From Eledone cirrhosa (lineage: Eukaryota), in NCBI GenBank assembly GCA_964016885.1, contig OZ024740.1:209312001-209376000 (forward strand): DNA of 64,000 nt. Direction: 5' to 3'. Under the pieces are notes generated by a model, which ran no database searches, had not been told where the DNA came from, and saw only the letters and a program-made list of their open reading frames with translations. The first letter of the stretch is position 1; every line of letters starts with the position of its first letter. Of the stretch, positions 26,569-40,190 are shown in pieces. Both the position numbers and the translations under genes were made by a program.

Positions 26569-29500
26569 AGACAAATGAGAAAGTAGAACTTATACCACTC
26601 CCCGATCTCTCACAGTCGGACATGGAGTATGAGGTGGCTGAGGAGTGGAAAACGGTTGTTAACAAAAAACAAAAATAAAAACAAACAAACGAAAAAACAC
26701 CACAGCTCCTCCCTCCAAAAGCAAAGGCAAAGAAAGAAGAATAAAGACTGCAAGGAGACTTGCAACAACTAAAATCACCATCATCACCACAAGCATCACC
26801 ACCAACAACAACCACACCACCACCAGCATCACCAAAAACATCAACATCACAAACACAACAAAGCACACATACCCAACAGCAACAACAAGAAAACAGCAAC
26901 AAAACCACCCCTTCCCTCCAAAAGTACACAGCCATAAACATTGCACTCCAAGGACTAATGGAACACATAAAACACCACATCGATATTTCAGACGTAAATT
27001 ACCACACACCACCAACACCAAGAACATTACCAAAAAACATTAACATTGTAGAAATTGAACTCGAAAACTACAAACAATTAAAACAAAAACGCAGTTGGGG
27101 ATTCAGGGGGTCACTCTCCAAAAGAATATACAAAGATATCGTCTTGGAGACACCGATGACCAGCCGAGGAGACGATTCTACTGTCCCTTCCCCATACGAT
27201 CAAGGTAAGTGATCCTTTCTCACTTGCCCCGTTCCTCATCCAACATGGCCGTACTTAGAATAGGCAGCATAAATGCACGTGGCCTGGCGTCATCTTGGAA
27301 GCCGGGTCACCTGCTCAACGACCTTAACATAGATGTCACTAAACATAGATGTGGTGGCCATCAACGAGATCAGAATCTCCGAAGCACGAGCCTTCGCACC
27401 GATCTTCGGCGGCTACGATGTATATGCATCTCCCAGCCGTCCAGTATCGGGGGGAGGAGTTGCTGTGCTTTTTCGGAGGGGCTTGGATCTCACCATACGG
27501 GCCATCTTCCTGGACCCAGAAGGTAAGTCGGTGGTCCTGGACGTGACTGGCAGCGAAGGCAATGCTTTCAGGCTAGTAGCCGTCTACACCCCAACAGGGG
27601 TAGGACAGCCAGATTTCTTCAGACGTCTAGAGACCTTTCTTAGAACGCCCCGCTCCTTAGTGTTAGTGGGCGACTGGAACGGTGTCTTAGATGCACGCTG
27701 TCTTAGATGCAACGGTGTCTTAGATGCATGTGGGACTAGTAGACAGGACAGGAGGGTGTAAAAGCCTCAACAACCTGCTCAGACGTTTTGAACTGTCTGA
27801 CAGGTAGAGACTGGATCACCCGAATGTGCCAATGTGGACATGGGAAAACCGCATCGGATCATCCAGATCGTATTTAGATAGGGTATTCTGTAGGGAAACA
27901 GATAAGGTTAGTGTGAGTTGTCCACAATTTAAAGTAGTCGACTACACAGACCTCAAATTCGTGACCTGTGAGGTTGACTTAGATAGACTCCATAGGCAAG
28001 GGCTCGGTTACTGGAAGTTGAACGCGTCTTTCCCGGCGCGCAAAGCTTGCAGAGACCGGATTAGCGAATTAGTTAAGCGTGCGTTGACGGGTGCGATCGT
28101 CAACAACAGGAGGTGATTTAACCTGAAAAGGGCTATTAGAGTAGAATCGATAAGGTTTAGCAAGGAGTAATGATAGAGGAAAATAGAGTAGAAGGAGAGC
28201 TAGTTAGAAAACTAGAAGAGGCGTTTAGGTCAGGCATCGCAACCGACGTGCTTGCGGCGAGATTGGCACTCGACCAATTCTTCAACGCAAAGCATGAAGG
28301 ATGCGTTGCCAGAGCTAGAGCGCGTGCTCTGAAACACGAGGGGACGAAAGCCGTTCAATGGGCCCGGGTGGTGGAGGCGTGACGTGGCAACAAAACCACA
28401 ATACGGTCTTTGCCCGATCAAAACGGGCGCATATTGCTCGAACCCGAACAGATGTGTGCGACTTTTCAACAGCACTTTGCTCGATTGTTCGGGGGCGGCG
28501 GCGGGCAGGATCGGAGTATGGACTTCGGTGAATACCTCGACGGACTGCCGCGGCTCTCTGCGACCGCAGCACAGTGTTGCGAAAGGCCGATAACAGCGGG
28601 TGAAATACGAAAAGTGATGTCTAACTGTACGAGGGGTAAATCGCCAGGTTTGGATGGTCTACCCTACGAGTTTTATGCGTACATGCCATATTTGTTCGGC
28701 GACCTCTTGGCAGATGCCTACTGCAGCTGGCAGCAAAACGGGAGCATTCGCAGTTTTGTGAGCCGAGGAGTGGTGGCGCTGCTGAGAAAAAACCCGAACA
28801 AGGGGGACGTTATAGACAACTTCAGGCCCATAACTCTGCTAAACGCAGAGTTCAAGATTTTGACCAAGGTGTTAGCAAAGAGATTGGCGCTTGTCGGTGA
28901 TCTGGTGGGAGAGGGACAGACATGCGACATTCCGGACAGATCCATCCACGACAATCTCCATCTCATGCGATACATCATAGAGAGCTTGGAAGCTGGAATG
29001 TCTCCAAGCGCTCACCGCCCTCTACCAGCTGGGCACTGATATCGGCGTTCTATAGAGGGCTAGTGGAGGGGAAGAGTAACGGCGTTCTCGGGGAAACCCT
29101 GGGCGTCCAAGACGTTCAGCTGTTTGCTCTCTTCAAGAGAACTTTCAGCCCAGGGCCTATGGACAATTTCCAGAAATCCCTGGCCTGGCAGTACTACCGG
29201 GGAGCGTTGCCAGCTCGGGATAAGCTCTACAGGCACGGAGGTGCTGTTAGCCTAGCCTGTTCGAGATGCGTGCAGGGTGACGAAACCGTCCTGCACGCAC
29301 TCGTTCAGTGCCCGAGGACTGCTGACGTGTGAAGTTATGTCGAACAGTTGCTGTCTGATCCGGTTATCGACTGAGTCCATTGTGCAGATAACCCCGCCAT
29401 CCACCTTTAAAGAGGAGGAAGAGCAAGCAGTCTTCATCTGCCTGGTGGCCATGGCGAAAGAGATTGTGTGGTGGACAAGGTTGAAAGGGTTGAAGACGGA

Positions 29501-29720
29501 CACTTTCCACTTCAGCCAATCCCTGATTAACTTTTTCAAGTTTCACTTGAAGAGGAAAATCAGGCTGGAAAGGCAAGTGCTGTGTTCTAGTAAGTTTGTT
29601 GAAAGGTGGGTGAAAGTGACGGGTCCACTCTGAGTATGCGCCTGTAGACTGAGGAGTGGAAAACTGAGAGAGGGCGCTTGCCCTGGTGGTCAGGGTGGCC
29701 GTGGTCTTTTGTGTGGTTTT
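24860..29720 (+). mobile_element. L1/Tx1-clade retrotransposon, copy 3 (older, degraded, internal RT deletion, 3' end missing)
   Basis: ORF1 about 25033-27212 (CFNCGPKSHLRAFC), ORF2 from ATG 27245 with many stops. Jumps from HLMRYIIE to the post-RT region at about 28985. Similarity stops early in the 3'UTR. Confidence 0.88.
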
Positions 29721-29816
29721 CGAATACATACATAACCATACATTTATGTATTTATATTTTATAAGTTGACGGGACTAGCATGAGTTTCATTGCTAATACC
29801 TGTTGTATCCCTCTCT

Positions 29817-29919
<103 letters not shown>

Positions 29920-30005
29920 GTGTTAAACAATATTCAATGATTATGTCAAAGAATGAGTTTTACAGTAGATTGGAAGCACTCAACCGAAAAATAATTTTCT
30001 GGAGT

Positions 30006-30233
30006 TATTAATAAAATAGATGTTGTTTTTATCAATTACATTTTATTATACATATTTCGGATGTACAACAGTACGTCCTCATCAGACAAAATATAATGAT
30101 ACATGACATACCATTTAACATCTCAGGGTATGTCATGTATCATTATATTTTGTCTGATGAGGACGTACTGTTGTACATCCGAAATATGTATAATAAAATG
30201 TAATTGATCAAAAGAACATCTATTTTATTAATA
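30006..30233. repeat. About 107-bp-arm inverted repeat, each arm containing a hammerhead motif
   Basis: 30006-30112 is the near-perfect reverse complement of 30127-30233; 14-nt loop. Confidence 0.9.
30147..30199 (+). ncRNA. Minimal type I hammerhead ribozyme motif (mirror copy on minus strand at about 30040-30092)
   Basis: ATTTTGT-CTGATGA-GGAcGTAC tgtt GTACaTCC-GAAA-TATGTATA-ATAAAAT; stems I and II pair. Confidence 0.7.
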
Positions 30234-30237
30234 CTTA

Positions 30238-30290
<53 letters not shown>

Positions 30291-31616
30291 GGTGTCCCAA
30301 AAATGTATATATGCATATTTTTTTATGAGAGTATGCATATAAAACATATATACATACTTAAACACATACATGTCTATCTCTATAAAAAAAACATCCAGAT
30401 TTGTTTTAAAAAAAAATTGCATGTAATAAATAAGCAAATTAATCAGAGCATTTATCGGCTACCAGGTGACTTGGCGTCTTTCCCTGTCTATAATCCACCC
30501 ATGAAGAGAAACACACACACGAACCAGTTAGATACGCACACAAACGTATACACGCCTTCACAAACCAGGCACACACTCGCAAACGCATACAAATCATACA
30601 CGTAAACCACACAAACTACACATACAGAAATAGACATAAGCACACAAATCACGCACACACACACACTTATAAAGCATGTACACATTCACTCACACAAAAG
30701 CACATATAACTCACGCGCATAAACCCACACAAACTATACATACAGAAACAAACATACACACACAGTCACACTCACAAAGCACATACATACATTCACTCAC
30801 ATAAACAAAGCTGTCACACAAACTACACATACTGAAACAAACATACACACACACACACATACACACTGACAAAACTGAAACACACATTCACTCACATAAA
30901 CACACAGATAGACAAACCAGTCACACAAACTACACATACAGAAACAAACATACACACATTCACTCACACAAACCAGTCACACAAACTACACATATACAAA
31001 CAATAGCTACTGAATCGAGTTACAGTGTCAGAGATTTTGTTGTTGTTGTGGTTGTTAGTTATTTTAGCTACCGACAGTATCTTGATAAAATCATACAGAA
31101 CATGCAGAGACACATAGACACTGACACACATCCTCACTCATATACACTGGTGTGCACGTAACGAAGTCTACTGATGGGGAGTGTGAGTCCGTAGAAAATT
31201 CACTAATTACTCGCTGCTGAACAGCCAATGCTGCCCACTTCCTCCGTTCTCATCTCAGCTGCCCCCTATTTTCCATTTTCTCTCTTTCGATCAACAATAC
31301 GCGCACGGATTTCGACCGCGCATATACTTATTACTTATACACAAAGGCTTCGTACATGAAATATTTTAATAGCTGTCATTAATTAAAAGCATTTATTTGT
31401 GTTTCCAATTAATTAATAATATATTTATTTATATATAGAGAGAGATATACATATATATGTACATGAACAACTTTTGATTTTCAAAAACAAATCTCAAACC
31501 AGTTTCAACATGAGTTTATTCCTTGGAGTTCGATTACCGCTAGAGATGGAAAAAACGGATAAATGTTACTATATATAAGGTATGTCATTTCCCCCCCCCC
31601 TCTTTTACAATTATTA

Positions 31617-31874
31617 TTTCATCCTTACGGGTTCGATAAAATAAAGTACCAGTAATACACTGGGATAATTGCTGGCCTTGTGCCAAAAGTAGAAACAATT
31701 ATTTTTATAAGGTATTATATTTTCCTTCATGACTGCCACTGTGAGTTCAAATCCCGCCGAGGTTAACTTTGCCTTTCATCCTTACGGGATCGATAAAATA
31801 AAGTACCAGTAATGGAGTGGGTAATTGCTGGCCTTGTGACAAACGTAGAAACAATTATATTTTACTTCATGACT
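31617..31874 (+). mobile_element. Two adjacent truncated SINE copies (31617-31697 and 31735-31853)
   Basis: Same core and tail. The second has TSD ATTATATTTT(C/A)CTTCATGACT at 31714-31734 and 31854-31874. Confidence 0.85.
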
Positions 31875-32567
31875 TATAAATTGCAACACTCTTATATTTG
31901 TATCGATTCATTCTGTTAAAAAGAAAACCTTTCCTTCTCCGCTAGTATAAACATTAACCCAAACAATACAACCGATTTGGTTGGTACCAGCCGGCGATAC
32001 AAACGTGTATACTATTTGTTATGTTGACAGTATAAAGCTGCGAGTGGTTTTTGTTTTATTTGTAAGGAGACATGTAAATGTATCCACCTTTTACTTGGTT
32101 TGTTGTCACTTTGATACATACCAGTCGATAAGATCGGAACTGTAAAAGCGAAGAGAAACTTTCCAAATAGAAAGCTTTTATAAAGTTCTAATTAGTGATA
32201 TATTCTAATTGTAATCAAATCGTATACAGAGAAGTTGTAATGAAAGTCTATCCATTATTAAGCGCGCCTTGTTAACTCTATATCTTGTTTGTTTACCTAT
32301 TAAGCGAGGTGTTTGATTTATATAAGTACATGTATTAGATATTGTTTTGTGTGCTACTTGGAGTTTGTTTAGTGCGTTCTTTTCATGTAGAAATGTTTCT
32401 GTTTACCTGTCTTCTTATTTATTGTCCCAGTAAGACCAGCATTATTTAAATCAATAATCACGTTAGTAAAGGCGTGAATGTCTCGTCTAATTTTCAAAAT
32501 CCTATAAGCCTGCGGTCACATGTCCCTATAATAATTGATTATGAAAGGTATATTATGTGTGAGTAAA

Positions 32568-33200
32568 GGTGGCGAATTGGCAGTCATTAGACTATCGTTG
32601 AGAATGCTTTGCTGTATTCATTCCGGCTGTCTGCGCTCTGAGTTCAAATTCCACCAGATTCAAATGTGCCTTTCATCCTTTCGCGGTCGATAAAATAAAA
32701 AGTAGCAGTCCAGTACTGGTTTGAGTCTTCCTCTACTCTTTCTCTGGAAGAAAGAGCATGTATTCAGTCTCGGAGAGGAGATGGGCTCCTCCAGGTTTTA
32801 AAAGATAATAAAAATGCCAAAGAAACACCCACCGTATGTCACTACAGCGCTCCAACGATTCCATCAGAAGTTACGGATCTAATAAGAAAAGAAAGGTACC
32901 GAATTGAGAGTCAACGATGGATAGAATGATTTGCGGTATTCGTTCCAGCTCTCTCAGTTCAAAATCTACCGAGTTCAATTTTCCTTTTCATTCTTTCGAA
33001 GTTGATAAAAAAAAGTATTTGTCCAGTAATGGTGTCGATTTGTCCTGTCTCTTTCTAACTGCCTCTCTATCACCTCCTCTGAAGGAAATCAGCTGTGCCC
33101 AGACATGGTGAGGGGATGGGGCCCGCCAAGTTTTCAAATGTCCAAGACACACTATATGTCACTACGACGCTTTTACAACTCGACCATGAGGTATGGATCC
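32568..33200 (+). mobile_element. Two diverged SINE copies with the alternative 3' region (tail B)
   Basis: Head ggtggcgaattggcag..gagttcaaat, core gcctttcatcctttcg.ggtcgataaaa, then ctctggaagaaa..ggagagg.atggg..cc.agaaac..ccgtatgtcactac; matches 42355-42703. Confidence 0.7.
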
Positions 33201-33435
33201 TTGCATTCATACTAAAATGTGTGTATTGAAGAGACCGTTGTTTGCTTATATGCCGGAGGTGTAAATCTATTTATGTATACCGTAATGTATACATATCACA
33301 TATTTATTTCATGTATGTCTAATAAGTGTGAAACACCTTAAACCAGCGTTTCTCAACCTCTTTACCCTTATGAAACCCTTGAAATAGTTTTCATGTTTCA
33401 GGGAACCCCTACAGAAAAATGATTATATACCATTA

Positions 33436-33871
33436 CTAGCAGAGGTACCCGGCGTTGCTCGGGTATTAAATAGCAGTTATGTATACCATTTATGTCAATA
33501 CTTCAGTGCTGCTTCGAAAACTATACTTTTACAAAATCATCGGCTTTTTCCAAAAGGGGGTTCCTGCCCCCAGGGGTCCCCTACTCAATATGTGACAATT
33601 CTGAGAGTTCACATTCATCTGTAGAACAAACGTAGCCCATGTGTCAAGTTTTGTGAAAATCGGTTGCGAACTCCAGAAGTTATGACATTTTGTTGCATTG
33701 CACTGCAGTGCTTCAGTCGACTCCAAGGAAGTGGCTTATCTGCCGGGAGGCCCTATAATCAATATCTGGAAAAATGAAAGTGCCCATGACCATCCGGAGT
33801 ACATAAGTAACCTATGTCTTAAGTTTGGTGAAAATACTGTAGAAATGCATAAGGTTTACTACGCGCGCGCG

Positions 33872-33915
<44 letters not shown>

Positions 33916-34531
33916 TTGTGTGTGCGTATGTATGTGTATGTTCGTCGGCGCATACGTATGTACTGGCCTAAATCTTCATTATTTACTTTTACTATGTTAA
34001 GGCAAAGTTAAAATCCCGTCGAGGCTAACTTTGCCTTTCATCCTTACGGGGTCGATAAAATAAAGTACCAGTAATGTACTGGGTAATTGCTGTCATTTTC
34101 GTTTACAATTTTATTTACATCATTCTTAAACTCCAGGGCTGGAAATCATTCGGTTATTTTAAATAGAATATTAGTCTAACGACTCCATTTACACCATAAA
34201 CTTGGTCTTGTCTTTGCATGAAATTGTTCTTCTCGGTCCACCGCGTCGTTTATACGTAACATAAATAGATCAGCAAATGACGCCATAAAAGGGAAATAAC
34301 TCGTCTCTCATCTCTATTTATACATTTGAACTGAAAAATCAATACATTACAAATTCGATTTTTGCACTTAGCGTGGGTCGATTTGAAAATTTTTTGACCT
34401 ATGTCTCCGCCGGACCTTCATCTATGAGTGTAGCAATTTCACCGAAATTTGAACGTACGGTTTAGGAGGAGATATGTGCCGACGGTTTTAGTAGACAGAC
34501 AGACAGACAACCTCAGTTTTATATATATAGA
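33436..34531 (-). mobile_element. Non-autonomous Helitron-like element (contains a SINE fragment at about 34010-34090)
   Basis: A|CTAG..tacccggcgttgctcgggta hairpin at left. Right end reads TCTATATATATAAAACTGAGG-(TGTC)n on minus. Confidence 0.75.
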
Positions 34532-35400
34532 CTAGCAGAAAACCGCCCTACGAGTGGTTTTCTGCTTGTATATATATATATTACACACACAGAAATGTAT
34601 ATATATTTCTGTGTGTGTATATATATATATATTACACACACAGAAATGTATATATATTTCTGTGTGTATATATATATATATTACACACACAGAAATGTAT
34701 ATATGTTTCTGTAGCACTCCTCAATCCCCCCCTCTCTCTCTCCCTCCCGCTATCCCCCTCTTGTAGTCTGTCTCTTTCTTTCACTCTCACTCTCTCTCTA
34801 CGCGTGCGCAAAAAACATTCGCACGCGCGCACGTGTTTCCACTGTCAGACAGACAAACAGAGAAATTGCTGGTTAAATATCTATGATGAGGGACTTATTT
34901 TATTACATGTTATACATGTGCAACCTGCAGTATTCTTCTCCCTATTTTTTCACATATATTTACCTAAACTGCGATTCTGTTTTTTTCTCTCTCTCTCTCT
35001 TACTGCTCCCTCGTTCTCCCTGTTTCTCCTACTTTCTTTCACCCCCTCTGTCATGTCAGTTAACTCTTCCTCACACTTCCACTCACTCACTCACTGTTTC
35101 TCCTCTTCTCACTTCACCCCGTTCGTGACGAAAACATTTTCTCTCTTTCTCACATTTGGATTCGTTCCCGAAAGGTCTTTTTTCTAAGCGCTTATATATT
35201 CACCTAGCTTATGCTAACAGAATAACTATGAAGCTTGTTCCCTTCCTTCTACGGTTAGCTCTCCTCTTTGTTGTTATCTTGTCTCACTCGCTTTACGCGT
35301 TTTAATTGTCCTAATAACTTAATTTAGTTATTATTGCACCGACGTGAGGTATATGATTTTTAATGCAATGAAATATCTATGATCGTCGGCAAATCACTGA
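34532..35400 (-). mobile_element. Second Helitron-like element abutting the first; 5' end uncertain
   Basis: CTAGCAGAAAACC...GGTTTTCTGCT hairpin end like that at 42977, 43658 and 51018. Confidence 0.5.
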
Positions 35401-35460
35401 TGAGGGACTTATTTTATTACATGTTATCCATGTGCAACCTGCAGTATTCTTCTCCCCATT

Positions 35461-35545
<85 letters not shown>

Positions 35546-35759
35546 AGTATTTCCGAAGAAAAAGCAAAGGAAAAAAGAGTGCTCTATGTATGAAACAGCT
35601 ATTTAATTAGAAAGTGAACAACACAATAAAGTTATATATTGTTCACTTTCTAATTATATTATAGGAACGATCGACTTTCGTCAAATCGGACCGAGGAAAC
35701 AATGTTTCCGTTGGTCTTTCCAATTGCTAATACTATCTATCAGTCGCAACTCCAGGTAG

Positions 35760-35880
35760 AAAGAACAACGTGAAATAAAGTGTCTTGCCCAAGGACATAA
35801 CGCATCGCCTGGTCCAGGAATCGAACTCACAACCTTACGATTGCGAATACAATTCTCTAACCACTCAGCCACACGCCTTC
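35760..35880 (-). mobile_element. tRNA-derived SINE head of a second family
   Basis: Minus strand: A box TGGCTGAGTGG, B box GTTCGATTCC, then TGTCCTTGGGCAAGACACTT instead of a tRNA acceptor stem. Confidence 0.7.
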
Positions 35881-35922
35881 ACTATATATATATATATATC
35901 TATATATATATCTATATATATA

Positions 35923-36074
<152 letters not shown>

Positions 36075-36512
36075 ATAACAGAGATAGTTTAAAGCTAATC
36101 TCTGACTGGTAACCATCTCACTCAACAAACATTAGGTTATATTTTAATATAAACCCAATTTAAGTTTTTGGGATGCTAACAATATGTATTATGTGGAAAA
36201 GCCAGTTGTATTATTTTACGAGATATAATTAAAGTTAAATCTCTCTGTACTCCAATGTTACTAGGTAGTCGCATTCGGTGGAGTCGACCGACGTCAGAGA
36301 TTGCTCAACGTATAATAAAATATGCTTTAAAATCCGGAGAAAATATGAAGGAGAAGTTTATGAAACGGAAATGCGGGTATAAAGAATATATTAGGTAACA
36401 ATTGTTCTATAGTGTGTGGGTTACCTATACCTCGCTATTTGTATAATATAAAAATATTATCATAAATCGTAGGTTCACTGTAAGAGAACACACCATGTCG
36501 TCAGACCTTTAT

Positions 36513-36563
<51 letters not shown>

Positions 36564-36893
36564 ATACCTACATATATACCTACACATATATATGTGTATA
36601 CAAACACACGCGCGCGCACACACCTATATATATCAGTTGATTATCAGAGTTGTTAGAGCGTTAGATATTTGTTCCAGGTCTCAGTGATTTGAGTTCGAAT
36701 CGGGGTCAAGAAAGTACCAGCTCGGTGCAGATGCAACCCTCACCTAAGCAGCTGTTACACCTGGCTGCCCCCACTGGGTTATGGGGCGGTCGGGAGGAAA
36801 CCCTGTGCCTGCATCTAACTACATGAGCACCTATTACTACCAAGTTACACTCAATTGCATCTAACGGCTATAGTTTAATCATATAAACTAAAC

Positions 36894-36944
<51 letters not shown>

Positions 36945-37116
36945 CCTGGATTTCTCTAAATTCTGTTGGATAAATTTATATCCTGATTCTTTTTGAATTG
37001 AGTTTGAATTATTTTTCCCATATCTTATGTTAACTATTTTCCCATTTTGACGCTATAGTCACTTATATATTATGGAATACTGTTAGCTTCTCGCTACAAC
37101 AATTTCTATACTTTTC

Positions 37117-37227
<111 letters not shown>

Positions 37228-37750
37228 AACTAAACTACAACCGTTAGATGCAATCGAGAACCCTAGTTGCCCCATAGACATGAACGTCTCTTTGGGAATA
37301 CTGCCAAAAGAAACATCTATGTGCTGCTTGAATTCGTTGTTGCTGTTCTTGTTTAGCCCTGGTCGAACAACCCTCTAACCAAAGGTATTACAGTCGTGAC
37401 CATCCTGCATTTTTCCTATGTGCATTTTCTGGTATGGTACGGTTCAACTTGCTGTTTCTAACAAGTCGTGTGTTTTTTTAAATTTATTTAATTCGTTAGT
37501 ATGGTACATGCTTGTATGTTTAGTGTGTATGCATACTCTAATATGATACACTAACACACATACGTATACATAGAAGCATATAACATAATCAAGATAATAA
37601 TATAAAGTGCAACGAGATGAGATTTAAGTATTAATCTGTGGCTCGTTTTCCTAGTGTAATCATTTACATAGTGAATCAGTGTCATCAATAATGGGGGTTA
37701 TAACATTGAACATATTTAACTTTTTGAGTCCAGGATTAGTGTGTCATATA

Positions 37751-37943
37751 CGAGAGTCGGCTAAAATGTTCATAGGCTGACCAATATATTCTCATGGAAT
37801 GACTAAACGAGGTTTATTTTTAAATTCAGTCCCTGAAAAGAAACAATGCAGTTATTAAGTGTTGAAATTAATGCATCTAAGATTTCACAGCTCTGGCATC
37901 ACCCCCTTCATAGTCAACCGAAGAACTTTTCATCCAACCCTCA
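37751..37943. mobile_element. Mariner-type MITE
   Basis: TA|CGAGAGTCGGCTAAAATGTTC ... GAACTTTTCATCCAACCCTCA|TA; imperfect TIRs with TA flanks. Confidence 0.65.
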
Positions 37944-38276
37944 TATACCAGGATTGCCGGATATATGAACCTTTATACAAACTAGGAAATTTGCGTTACC
38001 TTATAGTTTATGTTGATTACTGACATGTTGAATTGATTAAAAATAATGATATTTTAATTATTTATTTCTACTATATAATTACATGTTCAGCATATATGTA
38101 CAAATGACATACAAGATGAACGTATGAGTAACTTTGGTGAAATAATTATTTACAAGGACAAATGTAAAATTAGAACCCTTCTTATTGTAGAAAAATGATT
38201 GGGATGGAAAATTGATTGTGTGTATGTATGAGTATGTGTATGAATATGTTTGCGTTTAGTTTAAAGAGTTACAGAC

Positions 38277-38318
<42 letters not shown>

Positions 38319-38409
38319 CGGTTCAAGTTTTTCCTGACTATCCAGGAAAAACTTGAACCGTTAAGGTATTTTTTCTTGGTTATGTCAATATTTATAAAAC
38401 AAACTTTGT

Positions 38410-38468
38410 ATTTTATCTGATGAGAGCGTAGCAAAATTTTGGTACCCTTGAAATATATATAATAGAAT
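38410..38468 (+). ncRNA. Hammerhead motif in a short element homologous to 8297-8540
   Basis: TTTTAT-CTGATGA (38417)-stem II-GAAA (38450)-TATATATA-ATAGAA. Confidence 0.55.
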
Positions 38469-38510
38469 AAATATAGTTTCCATTTATTTAATATCATTGT
38501 ATATATATTG

Positions 38511-38581
<71 letters not shown>

Positions 38582-38842
38582 TGTAACGTAATATTATGGT
38601 TGATAACTCACTGAATACATTCTAAGATGCCGTTTGTACATCCATCCCGCTTTAAGAGAATTGTTTGCACACTGAAATATTTTCAGTCCCCAGGACAAAG
38701 TTTTACAGTGAGAAGGATTTGAAAACAATGTCACTGCATATTTATTTGATTTTCAATAATTTTAAGTCACTTTAGATTGTAAATTATATTTATATATAAT
38801 GTAACCCATGTGCAACCACGCAGTATTCTTCTTTCTTCTCAT

Positions 38843-38900
<58 letters not shown>

Positions 38901-38991
38901 ACTTGTGAATAGTGCATTTTTAAATCAACATATGTTGATTTAAAACTGCACTATTCACAAGTGTTTTTTAACCTTCATATCATGTCTCCCT

Positions 38992-39060
38992 ATTTTATCT
39001 GACGAAAACGCAAATGTCATCGCATGATGATATTTGTTTTTGAAATGCGCATAATAAAAT
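38992..39060 (+). ncRNA. Minimal type I hammerhead ribozyme motif, preceded by palindrome 38897-38966
   Basis: ATTTTAT-CTGACGA-AAAC GCAAATGTCATC gcat GATGATATTTGT TTTT-GAAA-TGCGCA-TA-ATAAAAT: 7-bp stem I, long stem II, palindromic stem III. Confidence 0.75.
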
Positions 39061-39182
39061 ACATGGAACTCTTTTAACCATCTTTTGATCTTATATTATT
39101 TATACTCCAGTCCTACAAACTGTAGAGTGCTACTTATCCGATATCTCAATTGCTTTATTGTACTACAATAAAACTTACTTCC

Positions 39183-39248
<66 letters not shown>

Positions 39249-39539
39249 TAACAGATTAAAGTTTAAGCAAAGAATCGCTGCTTTCGCCCTTAACGGGATC
39301 TTCTGAAACAAACAAAGTCAATCTGTAAACGCAGAAGTGGTTATTTAAAAAAACGTTGCAACGGGAGGAAGACAGGAAGACGATACTTTGGTTCGTGGAA
39401 ACGTTCCCTTCACAAAACATACAGGTAATATATACTTATCTATCCAAATAAGTAATGGTATAAACATAACATATACTTAGCTACCACATCAAGACGTAAA
39501 ATATCCACGTATAGATCGTAATATCCGTTAGGGTATAAT

Positions 39540-40190
39540 GTGGGGCTGTAATACAGGAAAGTTTTGTGCAATTTATGTTTACAAGCCGAAATTGCCTTAG
39601 ATTTTTTGTTTAAGATGTGGTCTGTAGCGTAGAGTATTTCCAGGGCCTCAGCGGCGGAGAGGTCACATGGTCTTTTATTTCCGTTATACGATCTAGCCCT
39701 AGCTAGGATCTCCCAGTGTAACTTTTATTGGGTGTGGTTGTCTTTTAGACTCCAGATATAAGCTGAAAGTGACGTCATATTCCTTCTTAGAGGGTAACGA
39801 AAAGAATGGATATGCATGTAAAGACGCTGCTTGAATCTATTGGTGGTTAACCCTATGTAGGCCCTACGGGACGTGGGTGTTTCAACCTTACATTTGTAGA
39901 CAATGTTACTAGAGAGGCATTTCCCGGATAGGGGGCAATGAATCCGATTCCTACAATTACAGTTAGTACCTACAGGGTTGCACGTGTTCCTACGGCTAGG
40001 TAGTTTAGCTAAATTTGAAGCTGTGATGTTATGTGCAAGGTTAGGAGTCGTAGAGTAAGAAATTTTAATAGTATTTCTATTAAAAATTTTACTATATTTA
40101 TGTGTAGGGGGAAAATCCTTCGTAATAAAGGATAGAAAGATCTTAGCTAATGGTGTGGCCACCTCCATATTATATGGTTCTTATATATTT
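39540..40190 (-). pseudogene. Penelope-like element 3' fragment (GIY-YIG endonuclease), different subgroup from 10134-11598
   Basis: KIFNRNTIKISYS, CNCRNRIHCPLSGKCLSSNIVYKC, YIGLTTNRFKQR, TSLSAYIWSLK. Confidence 0.85.

Noticed and set aside
12646-29720. CRISPR-like array or prokaryotic RT system (retron, DGR)
   Set aside because: No repeat-spacer periodicity; all RTs have eukaryotic non-LTR or Penelope domain architecture.
35397-35460. CTGATGAG hammerhead half-cores (also about 31170 and about 53125 on minus)
   Set aside because: No properly placed GAAA with pairing stems.
35790-35880. Possible tRNA gene (also near 49430)
   Set aside because: A and B boxes are present, but there is no closing acceptor stem and the sequence runs into SINE body.
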